From Candidatus Thorarchaeota archaeon (GTDB taxonomy: Archaea > Asgardarchaeota > Thorarchaeia > Thorarchaeales > Thorarchaeaceae): DNA of 47,917 bases. The position numbers and the translations under genes are program-made. The notes under the pieces are model-generated. The model worked only from the letters and a program-made list of their open reading frames with translations. It was not told the origin of the DNA and did no database searches. Location of the stretch: the NCBI GenBank assembly GCA_016839445.1, contig JAEOUG010000037.1, positions 1 to 47,917 on the forward strand. The letters are read 5' to 3'. Shown piece after piece: positions 36,525 to 44,287 of this stretch (the stretch's first letter is position 1; every line of letters begins with the position of its first letter).

Positions 36525-37367
36525 TTGGCGCTCATCGAGTTCAGCAATTTCAGTTTCAAGTACTACGGTGCTGACTCTCTGGCGCTGAAGAAGATTGATC
36601 TCACGATTGAGGAGGACGAGTACGTTGTCGTCACAGGTCCGAGCGGCTGCGGCAAGACTACATTGTGTCGCACAATCAACGGACTCGTGCCTCACTTCCA
36701 CAGGGGCTACATTGCGGGCAATGTGATTGTGGACGGCATGAACACGCGAGAACATGAGGTCGCGGAACTGGCCACAACCGCAGGACTGGTGTTTCAGCAA
36801 CCGGAGAATCAGCTTGTCACACTCAATGTCGAGAAGGAGATAGCGTTTGGACCCGAGAACCTGGGTGTCCCTCCTGAAGAGGTCCGGAGCAGGGTTGACG
36901 AGCTTATCTCGCTCTTGGAGCTTGAGCATCTCAGGGACAAGCATCCACATGAGATGTCTGGAGGAGAACAGCAGAGAGTAGCAATGGCTGCAACACTGGC
37001 GCTGAAGCCCAAGATTCTGGTTGCGGATGAGCCCACCTCAAACTTGGATCCCAAGAGCGCTGAGACCATCCTTGACATTGTGTCCTCACTCAACAGGCGC
37101 GATATGACCGTAGTGATTGTTGAGCATCGCTTGGATTTGGTCTCAAAAGATGCCAGCCGCCTCATCCTCATGGACAAGGGGGAGGTCATTGCGGATGGCG
37201 ACCCAAGAGAGGTTCTGGCAATGGACCTCTGCGAAGAGATTGGGGTCGGCGTGCCCAAGGCAACAGCTGTCTACAAGCGGCTCCTCCGCAGTGGAGTTCA
37301 CCTAGACCGTGTTCCCCTCACAGGACAGGAGTTGGCTCAGTTGACCAAGGAGGGGATTCTCCGTTGA
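36525..37367 (+). CDS. ecfA: ECF transporter ATPase
   Basis: GPSGCGKT, FQ.PENQ, AFGPEN, SGGEQQR, DEPTSNLD. Confidence 0.92.
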   Translation: MALIEFSNFSFKYYGADSLALKKIDLTIEEDEYVVVTGPSGCGKTTLCRTINGLVPHFHRGYIAGNVIVDGMNTREHEVAELATTAGLVFQQPENQLVTLNVEKEIAFGPENLGVPPEEVRSRVDELISLLELEHLRDKHPHEMSGGEQQRVAMAATLALKPKILVADEPTSNLDPKSAETILDIVSSLNRRDMTVVIVEHRLDLVSKDASRLILMDKGEVIADGDPREVLAMDLCEEIGVGVPKATAVYKRLLRSGVHLDRVPLTGQELAQLTKEGILR

Positions 37368-38188
37368 TTCTCCTCGAAGATGTCTACTTCGCCTACGAGG
37401 GTCTCTACACTGCTCTGCAGGGGGTCTCTCTGCAGATTGACGATGGAGAAAGGGTAGCGATCATGGGGACCAACGGCGCCGGAAAGACGACCCTTGTCAA
37501 GCACCTGAATGGCCTACTCCGTCCGGACTCCGGGCGAGTCATCCTTGACGGTGTCGATACTAGGCGCCACTCGGTAGCTGAGTTGGCACGGCAAATAGGG
37601 CTAGTGATGCAGAATCCAGACCATCAGCTGTTCTTGGATTCCGTCGAGAAGGAGATTGTCTTCGGTCTCAAGAACCTGGGTTACTCTGAGGCTGACTCCT
37701 TGGATAGATGCAACAGAACCCTCTCGCACCTGGGCCTTGAGGGCTTCTTGGAGAGGTCTCCGTTCACACTCTCCGGCGGCGAGCGAAAACGTGTAGCACT
37801 CGCATCAGTATTGGCCACAGAGCCCCGTGTTCTCGCCCTTGATGAACCCACTATCGGTCAAGACGCGCGCCAGAAAGAGAACTTGGCCCAGATGCTGGAA
37901 GAGCTTAACGCCAAAGGTCGCACTGTGGTAGTAGTGACTCACGACATCGAGTTTGTAATCGAGCACTTCCCCCGCACAATAGCAATGGCGGGCGGACAGA
38001 TTGTGGCAGACGGAAGGACCAGCTCGGTACTCAGCAATGACGAAGTCATTGAGAGGTGCTCACTTACTCCTCCTCAATTGACGATTGCCGCGCGGTCTCT
38101 GCACAAGGAGTTCCCTCATGTTCCGGAGCGCTTGACCCTACTCTCAGAAGTAGAGGCGGAGATCCTGAGAATCCTAGGAGGTGGCTAA
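37364..38188 (+). CDS. ecfA: ECF transporter ATPase (second copy)
   Basis: GTNGAGKT, QNPDHQLF, PFTLSGGE, DEPTIGQD. Confidence 0.92.
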   Translation: MILLEDVYFAYEGLYTALQGVSLQIDDGERVAIMGTNGAGKTTLVKHLNGLLRPDSGRVILDGVDTRRHSVAELARQIGLVMQNPDHQLFLDSVEKEIVFGLKNLGYSEADSLDRCNRTLSHLGLEGFLERSPFTLSGGERKRVALASVLATEPRVLALDEPTIGQDARQKENLAQMLEELNAKGRTVVVVTHDIEFVIEHFPRTIAMAGGQIVADGRTSSVLSNDEVIERCSLTPPQLTIAARSLHKEFPHVPERLTLLSEVEAEILRILGGG

Positions 38189-38189
38189 C

Positions 38190-38951
38190 ATGTCTTTTCT
38201 TGAAGTATTTCAGTACACCCGCCAAGACTCTCCCATCCACCGACTAGATCCTCGGGCCAAGATGCTTCTCTCCCTTGTTCTTGCTGTAGTTTCACTCCTC
38301 TTCATGGAGATTCTTGTGCTTGCACTCCTGTTGGGACTCCTCATTCCAGTTCTTGCTGCGTCTCGGTCATTAAGACGATGGAGCCGAAGCATGAAGAGCC
38401 TCTCGGTCCTGCTCATCTTCATAATTGTCTTCAATACACTGCTCTCTACTGCAACGTATCCGTTCAACTACTCCGTCTCCCTCTCGCTGCGTCTAATAGT
38501 TCTGATGACCTCTTTCTCGATCTTCTTTCTCACAGTCCACCCCGATGAGCTCTCTCAGGCGCTGATTCAGATGCGTGTGAGGTTTGAGTTTGCCTTCGCT
38601 ATGAGCATGGCAATGAGGTATGTTCCAACCCTAGCGCAAGAAGCCTATGCCATCATGGATGCCCAGAAGACGAGAGGTGTAGAGCTTGACAAGGGAAGCC
38701 TCCTCACACGAATACGGAACATAATCCCAATCATTGTACCTCTCATCATTGTCTCAATAAGGAGGGCGCTCTCTATCGCTGAGAGCATGGAATCCCGAGG
38801 TTTCGGTTCTTGTGAGAAGCGAACCTATATGGAGCGTCTAAGCTTCAAGAGAAGGGACTGGGCTGTCGTGGTCTTCTCTCTGACAGTTCTCGTCCTTGCG
38901 CTCTACATCAGGCTCTATGTGCCTATCCCGGTCTGGTACATACCCTTCTAG
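38190..38951 (+). CDS. ecfT: ECF transporter transmembrane component
   Basis: SPIHRLDPRAK, AQKTRG and MESRG (the two X-R-G motifs). Confidence 0.92.
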   Translation: MSFLEVFQYTRQDSPIHRLDPRAKMLLSLVLAVVSLLFMEILVLALLLGLLIPVLAASRSLRRWSRSMKSLSVLLIFIIVFNTLLSTATYPFNYSVSLSLRLIVLMTSFSIFFLTVHPDELSQALIQMRVRFEFAFAMSMAMRYVPTLAQEAYAIMDAQKTRGVELDKGSLLTRIRNIIPIIVPLIIVSIRRALSIAESMESRGFGSCEKRTYMERLSFKRRDWAVVVFSLTVLVLALYIRLYVPIPVWYIPF

Positions 38952-39002
38952 ACACTCCTATAGAGCCACGTACTTAAGGGTCGAGTTCAACTGGACAGCG
39001 CA

Positions 39003-40352
39003 ATGTCGGTTGAGGAAGAGAGGGTCAAGCCTCTGAATGATTGTGGGAAAACGTCAGGCGACTACGTCCTGTACTGGATGCAGTCCTCTCAGAGAACAGA
39101 ACTCAATCATGCACTTGAACTTGCGGCCCATGAGGCCAACTTGCTAAGAACGCCTCTCATCGTAGTATTCTGTCTTGCAGCATACCCTGAAGCAATGGCA
39201 TCGCACTACAGATTCATGCTTGAGGGTCTCCAAGAAGTTGAACGGAGTCTTGAAAGTCGGAAAGTCAAGTTCGTTGTTCGTAGTGGCTCTCCCGAGAAGA
39301 TTCTGCCTGATTTGGCAAGCGGCGCCTCGCTTGCAGTTGTAGATCGCGACTATCAGCGGCTTCAGAGAAAGTGGAGGTCACAGGTTGCTGATACAATCGG
39401 TTGCTCTCTACTGCAAGTGGAGTCCAACGTCGTCGTACCTATCGAGACGGCGTCCGAGAAGGAGCAGTATTCTGCCGGGACAATCCGCCCTCGCATTCAT
39501 CGACATCTGGATGTCTTCATGCATGACCTGCCTAGACTCCGCATGAAGGAGAGCTCTCTGACCCTTGACCTTGACTCCATGGACATATCTGATACTGCTG
39601 AAGTGATAAGGCAGATGAAGCTCAAGACCGATGCACAGCAGCCGTCATTTAAGGGTGGGACTTCTTCAGCCAAGCGGATCTTCTCTGAGTTTCTGAGGAG
39701 CAAAATCGACGGATATGCCGACCTCCGGAATGACCCCTCCCTCGACTTCTTGTCGAATATGAGCCCCTTCCTGCATTTCGGGCAGATTTCTCCTCTCTAT
39801 CTCGCCATGGCAGCCCAAGAGTCTGGTAGTCCTGGGGGTGAGAGCTTCGTCGAGGAACTGGTTGTACGAAGAGAACTCGCCATGAACTTCGTCTACTACA
39901 ACGAGAGCTACGAATCGATCAAGTGCCTGCCCAATTGGGCTCTGGCAACTCTGGAGGACCATGCTGGGGACGCTCGCGAGCATATCTATACTCGGCATGA
40001 GCTGGAATCTGCAAATACCCATGACATCTACTGGAACGCCGCACAGGAAGAGATGGTTCACACGGGCAAGATGCACGGCTACATGAGAATGTATTGGGGC
40101 AAGAAGATCCTCGAGTGGAGTAAGAGCCCCTCTGAAGCATTCGATACGGCCACCTACCTGAACAACAAGTACGAGCTCGATGGCAGGGATCCAAACGGGT
40201 TTGCGGGAGTGGCTTGGTGCTTTGGGAAGCACGACAGGGCATGGAGTGAGCGACCGGTCTTTGGAAAGATACGATACATGAACGACCGTGGTCTGGAGCG
40301 GAAGTTCAACATTAGAGCCTATGTCGCCAAGGTTCAATCCAGAATTGGATAG
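39003..40352 (+). CDS. phr: Class II CPD DNA photolyase
   Basis: VLYWM, SPFLHFGQIS, FVEELVVRREL, GKMHGYMRMYWGKKILEW, DGRDPNG. Confidence 0.93.
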   Translation: MSVEEERVKPLNDCGKTSGDYVLYWMQSSQRTELNHALELAAHEANLLRTPLIVVFCLAAYPEAMASHYRFMLEGLQEVERSLESRKVKFVVRSGSPEKILPDLASGASLAVVDRDYQRLQRKWRSQVADTIGCSLLQVESNVVVPIETASEKEQYSAGTIRPRIHRHLDVFMHDLPRLRMKESSLTLDLDSMDISDTAEVIRQMKLKTDAQQPSFKGGTSSAKRIFSEFLRSKIDGYADLRNDPSLDFLSNMSPFLHFGQISPLYLAMAAQESGSPGGESFVEELVVRRELAMNFVYYNESYESIKCLPNWALATLEDHAGDAREHIYTRHELESANTHDIYWNAAQEEMVHTGKMHGYMRMYWGKKILEWSKSPSEAFDTATYLNNKYELDGRDPNGFAGVAWCFGKHDRAWSERPVFGKIRYMNDRGLERKFNIRAYVAKVQSRIG

Positions 40353-40413
40353 ACAGGTATTGTTTATCAGACATAACTCACACTGGGAAAGCTGTCCGGT
40401 AGGTGAGTCTGAG

Positions 40414-40980
40414 ATGAAGCTGCCGAAAAGACAGGAATACTCCGTCAAGGACTTGATGAACGACCTGAAGAAGTTGGATCCTTCTCCGAGTGTTCTGGCC
40501 AAGATTGGCACAGAGCTCGTCTACTACGAGTGGACCTGCTGTCGTCAGGGATTGGGTGCTGAGCACACTGTCACATCTAACATTGAGGAGTTGCTCGAAT
40601 TCACCCAGACTGGGTACGAGCGAAGTCTTGTTGAAGGGGAGTATTGGAGAGCTAAGGACACTCCTCGCTCAATCCTGAATGATTTCATCCGAGATCGACC
40701 CGACGAATTCATGGATCATGTCCTCGACAGGTCGGTGGACTACATACAGGGTCTGATTCAGGCTGCTGAGAAAGCTCGCAAGGCAGAGAAGAAGCAATAC
40801 AAGAAGATGGAGAAGGGTGTGAGAAGCGAGGTCAAGGAGAACCCCGAAAACCCAGAAGCGTGGAACAAGCTTCGACTCCTGCTATGGTTGGTAGGCAACT
40901 ACACCGAATCAAGCCAGGCATTCCAGAATGCAAAGAAACTGGGCTGGACGAGTGAAGAGAGCCTACTCGTTGCTCTCTGA
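40414..40980 (+). CDS. Hypothetical protein with C-terminal TPR-like repeat
   Basis: NPENPEAWNKLRLLLWLVGNYTESSQAFQNAKKL. Start moved to ATG 40414 to avoid overlap with phr. Confidence 0.65.
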   Translation: MKLPKRQEYSVKDLMNDLKKLDPSPSVLAKIGTELVYYEWTCCRQGLGAEHTVTSNIEELLEFTQTGYERSLVEGEYWRAKDTPRSILNDFIRDRPDEFMDHVLDRSVDYIQGLIQAAEKARKAEKKQYKKMEKGVRSEVKENPENPEAWNKLRLLLWLVGNYTESSQAFQNAKKLGWTSEESLLVAL

Positions 40981-41109
40981 TTTCCTCGGAAACACGTATG
41001 TCTTCCTTGAGTCCGCAAGTGCGGGGGAATTGGTATAACAGAAAAGAGACTTGCCACCAGAATCGCCATCGAGATATTCCGCACTCCTTCCGGTAGCAGG
41101 ATAGAGCAC

Positions 41110-41997
41110 TTGGCTCTCGGGGAGACCGCACTGTACGCGATAAGCTCCGATGATAAGCTTCTGGGCTGGGACTTGCACCGACCCAACCCAGAGGCTCTTG
41201 AAGCGGACCTGCCCTCTCTTGTCAGGAATCTACATGACTCGGCCCTCTCACTTGCAGTGAGCGCAGAGACAATGTATGTTGGTCATATCGCGGGTGCGAG
41301 CTGTATCCACGTCTTTGACGTAACCTCTCCCTTTGATCCGCATCCTGAAACGATAATCAGAGCAGATTCGGGCTCAGTCTTTGATCTCAAGGTTTCTGAC
41401 GCAGAGATTGTTGCAGGTCTAGGGGAGGGGATGCTGAAGATATGGTCTAAGCGTGACTTCAGGCTAGCCAAGTCCATGAGAGCACAGGAGCACTTCGTAC
41501 TCTGTGTTGCCACCGACCCGGAATTCACGTATGGCGGGGGTGCTGACAGGTGCATTCGTGTCTATCGCAATCAAGACTACGGTCAGGCTGCATCACTGAT
41601 GGGCCATGATGCCAGCGTGTTCTGCCTGGAAGTTGATGATGACTTCCTGTATTCGGGGTCGGGAGAGATCTGGTGGGGTGGTCCCGGTTCTCCACGCCCT
41701 CCAAGTTTCGAGTCCGCGGTTAGAGTCTGGAGCAAAGATGATTGGGACTGCATAGCGATTCTGGAAGGGCACCAAGACAATGTGAACGCTGTGTGCGTGG
41801 ACTCGTCAGCAGTATTCTCAGTTTCAGACGACTCCTCACTTCGGACGTACTCGCTGGGTGATTGGGAGCCCCTTTCCATTATGGAACTCGGCGCAATCAG
41901 ACCTACATCTCTATCTCAGGATGCTGACTACCTCTACGTTGGTTGTTCGGACGGCTTCGTTCGGATGGTAGCCAAGAGCGACTTGATTGAGTCCTAG
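41110..41997 (+). CDS. WD40-repeat beta-propeller protein
   Basis: LMGHDASVFCL...SGS, LEGHQDNVNAV...SVSDD..LR.Y, LKIWS, VRVWS. True start may lie upstream. Confidence 0.85.
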   Translation: MALGETALYAISSDDKLLGWDLHRPNPEALEADLPSLVRNLHDSALSLAVSAETMYVGHIAGASCIHVFDVTSPFDPHPETIIRADSGSVFDLKVSDAEIVAGLGEGMLKIWSKRDFRLAKSMRAQEHFVLCVATDPEFTYGGGADRCIRVYRNQDYGQAASLMGHDASVFCLEVDDDFLYSGSGEIWWGGPGSPRPPSFESAVRVWSKDDWDCIAILEGHQDNVNAVCVDSSAVFSVSDDSSLRTYSLGDWEPLSIMELGAIRPTSLSQDADYLYVGCSDGFVRMVAKSDLIES

Positions 41998-42359
41998 AAC
42001 TCCACCGGCTCTATTCGATGAAGGAAGGACTGGAATTCAAGGGCGCGTCCCTCTGGGTCTTCCGCAAAGAACTGGTAAATCTGATAGCGCTCATTCACTG
42101 TTGGCTCAGCGGACGCAATACTCGAGAGTGCCTCATACATCTCGTCAACATCAGCTTTCTCTGGATAGAAGAAAGTAATCATGCCCTCTAGGTCCGGTGA
42201 GTCCCTCTGGCAGAAGCCAAGAAGGAGGTTTCCATGGCTCAGGATCGTGCAGTCCTCTTGTTCAAGCCAGATGCGCATTCCAATGTCGTTCAGATAGAAG
42301 TTGATAATCTCTCCTAACCTTGCCGTCTTGAAGAACACAATCCCAGACAGGATATGCAC
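41994..42359 (-). CDS. VOC/glyoxalase family protein
   Basis: IINFY...IG, VDEMY..L, FFAEDPEGR.LEF. Start reassigned to GTG 42359 (CTG 42350 also possible). Confidence 0.82.
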   Translation of the reverse strand: MHILSGIVFFKTARLGEIINFYLNDIGMRIWLEQEDCTILSHGNLLLGFCQRDSPDLEGMITFFYPEKADVDEMYEALSSIASAEPTVNERYQIYQFFAEDPEGRALEFQSFLHRIEPVEF

Positions 42360-42432
42360 GCTCCCACTGCCATGTCTTCTCCCGAGTACTAGAGTGTTTC
42401 TCAGGACAGCACAAGGGGGGAATCTCACAAAA

Positions 42433-42515
42433 CCGAAGCAATTGGTTCGTTTTTGAGCTGCTTGGCATGCTTCTTTTGCATAAAACGTACAGACCTCCTT
42501 CACGCAGATAGATAT
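42433..42515 (+). promoter_or_regulatory. CCGAA-N8-TTCG palindrome and TAGATAT box upstream of wHTH copy 1
   Basis: CGAAgcaattggTTCG at 42434-42449; TAGATAT at 42509-42515. Confidence 0.5.
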
Positions 42516-42573
42516 CCATACTCTGTATCGCCAAACTACCGCCCAGATAGCGGTAGGACGAACAGAATTGACT

Positions 42574-42849
42574 ATGCGAACGACTAGAACTCCGAAAAGT
42601 GCCATAGCCATTCTCGGAGCTCTGGCTCAAGAGGGGCCGATGTGCCCACAGGAGCTAAGCTCTAAGCTGGAAATGGCACCACGAACGGTGAGCTTCGCGC
42701 TCAGGCGACTGCTGAAGCGGCAGCTCCTCCGCAGAATACCAAATCTAAACGACATGCGACGGCCCATGTACCACGTGAACATGGAGAACGCACAAGAGGT
42801 CCTGGAAAGGGCCAAGATCTCACCTTTGGCGTGGGCTCAGAGGGCATGA
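42574..42849 (+). CDS. Small winged-helix DNA-binding protein, copy 1
   Basis: PKSA..IL..L...GPM.P.EL...L....RTV.FAL.RL......IPNL.DMR...Y.V. Confidence 0.8.
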   Translation: MRTTRTPKSAIAILGALAQEGPMCPQELSSKLEMAPRTVSFALRRLLKRQLLRRIPNLNDMRRPMYHVNMENAQEVLERAKISPLAWAQRA

Positions 42850-42896
42850 GTCGCACAAAATGCAGCACGACTCTTGATATTCTGCAGGTGTCTGTA

Positions 42897-43367
42897 ATGC
42901 CCAAAGCCTCTGACCTGAGAAAGCGCTATCTGGCCCTCTTGAAGGAGAGGGAAGGTAAGGTCAGACACGATGAGGCACTAGTCATCTACCGGAACGAATG
43001 GGTCCGAATTCTTCTTGCTGACTCTGAGGACGCAGACCGGGATTCTACCATTGAGGTCGAGATGTCTCCTCCATTTTCGCATTGCAGTTCGTCCACTCCC
43101 GAAGATGAGGACAAAGGCACTGAGCATTCCGTGGTGTGTAGCCGCAGGACAATGCAATCAATGATAGACCACCTCCAGTACATGATCGACTTGGAACGGT
43201 CAGGATTCTTAATCGATTTCGCCGGCAACGGCTGTCTCTTTGTCGCGTTTCGTGGATTCGCCGAGACGCCAGACATTGAAACTTTCAGGCTCCTTCTGCC
43301 ACCTTCTGCTGGGTCGGGTTTGCGGCAGAAGGAGCCATCCAACCGCCTGATGAGCCTGGTCATCTGA
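42897..43367 (+). CDS. Unknown protein, partner copy 1
   Basis: Paralogue of 43807-44211; alignment with it supports the ATG 42897 start. Confidence 0.7.
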   Translation: MPKASDLRKRYLALLKEREGKVRHDEALVIYRNEWVRILLADSEDADRDSTIEVEMSPPFSHCSSSTPEDEDKGTEHSVVCSRRTMQSMIDHLQYMIDLERSGFLIDFAGNGCLFVAFRGFAETPDIETFRLLLPPSAGSGLRQKEPSNRLMSLVI

Positions 43368-43399
43368 GGCGCCCCTTCTTCAAGGCATTCAGCCATTTT

Positions 43400-43482
43400 C
43401 CGAACTTGCGAGTTCGGGTTCTTGCGCTCTACGGCCTACCGACGGTGGTATTGAGAACTTCCGTTCTAACATGATTAGATAT
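43400..43482 (+). promoter_or_regulatory. CCGAA-N8-TTCG palindrome and TAGATAT box upstream of wHTH copy 2
   Basis: CGAActtgcgagTTCG at 43401-43416; TAGATAT at 43476-43482. Confidence 0.5.
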
Positions 43483-43523
43483 GGAATCCCGTTCTCTCTA
43501 TCAACTGTGGTGTGTTAAGAAAC

Positions 43524-43784
43524 ATGAGAACTCCAATGCGACTTCCTAAGAGCGCCGTCAAAGTCCTCCACTTCCTTGACAAGAAGGGTCCTATGACTCC
43601 ACGGGCCATAAGCAAGGAAGCGAATGTACCTCTGCGAACAGTGACGTTCGCACTTGACAGGCTTGTTGGTACTAACCTGTGTCAGAAAGTGCCCAATCTC
43701 GGCGACATGCGGCTCATGCTCTATGTTGTGAATCAAGACGAGGCGAGAGCAGTGTTCTCCAGGTACGGTCAGCGCTTCGCATGA
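43524..43784 (+). CDS. Small winged-helix DNA-binding protein, copy 2
   Basis: PKSAVKVL..L...GPMTP......RTVTFAL.RL......VPNL.DMR...Y.VN; paralogue of 42574-42849. Confidence 0.8.
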   Translation: MRTPMRLPKSAVKVLHFLDKKGPMTPRAISKEANVPLRTVTFALDRLVGTNLCQKVPNLGDMRLMLYVVNQDEARAVFSRYGQRFA

Positions 43785-43806
43785 TCAGGTTGGATTCGTG
43801 ATAGCA

Positions 43807-44211
43807 ATGCATAGCCCGACCGACTTATACGAGAGGTTTCTCCGAATCATGGAAACCAACTTGGAGGGCGATGAAGTTGTCGACCCGTTATGCGAAACAG
43901 ACTGGATTCGCATTCTTGTCACACGAAAGGCGGGTGACCCCGTCTGTGTTCAGCTAGAAGTAGAGCTGGTGCTTCCCGCGTGCATCATCGATGCTCTACG
44001 AACAGACCAACCTCTTGGAATCCCGAGCTGCAAGACTGCTCGCACCTTCGTTGAAACGACCATCAACCACCTCGAGTATCTTGTTCGTCTCGAAGATATC
44101 GGCCTTGAACTAAGTGTGGCTCCGAAGGATGGAATCTGGAGTGCGTCCACAACAATAGACAACACCCCTCCGATTCCATTCTTTGCGGAACTCATTCCCC
44201 CTGTCTGTTAG
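43807..44211 (+). CDS. Unknown protein, partner copy 2
   Basis: Shares DL..R, W.RIL, EVE...P, I.HL.Y...LE..G, TP...F..L.PP with copy 1. Confidence 0.7.
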   Translation: MHSPTDLYERFLRIMETNLEGDEVVDPLCETDWIRILVTRKAGDPVCVQLEVELVLPACIIDALRTDQPLGIPSCKTARTFVETTINHLEYLVRLEDIGLELSVAPKDGIWSASTTIDNTPPIPFFAELIPPVC

Positions 44212-44287
44212 GTCCCTTCAACAGAACCATTCGAGTGTTTTATGAGGACTTCACGTTCTCATCAACCGCGACGATGGATGTGTTTCG

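Noticed and set aside
40981-41109. Possible tRNA or other ncRNA in the gap before the WD40 gene
   Set aside because: No cloverleaf or T-loop motif; the region is better explained as an N-terminal extension of the WD40 frame.
3987-41997. Convergent gene pairs overlapping by 4 bp at their stop codons (3987-3990, 7085-7088, 41994-41997)
   Set aside because: A common result of genome compaction through TTAG/CTAG overlaps, not a distinct system.
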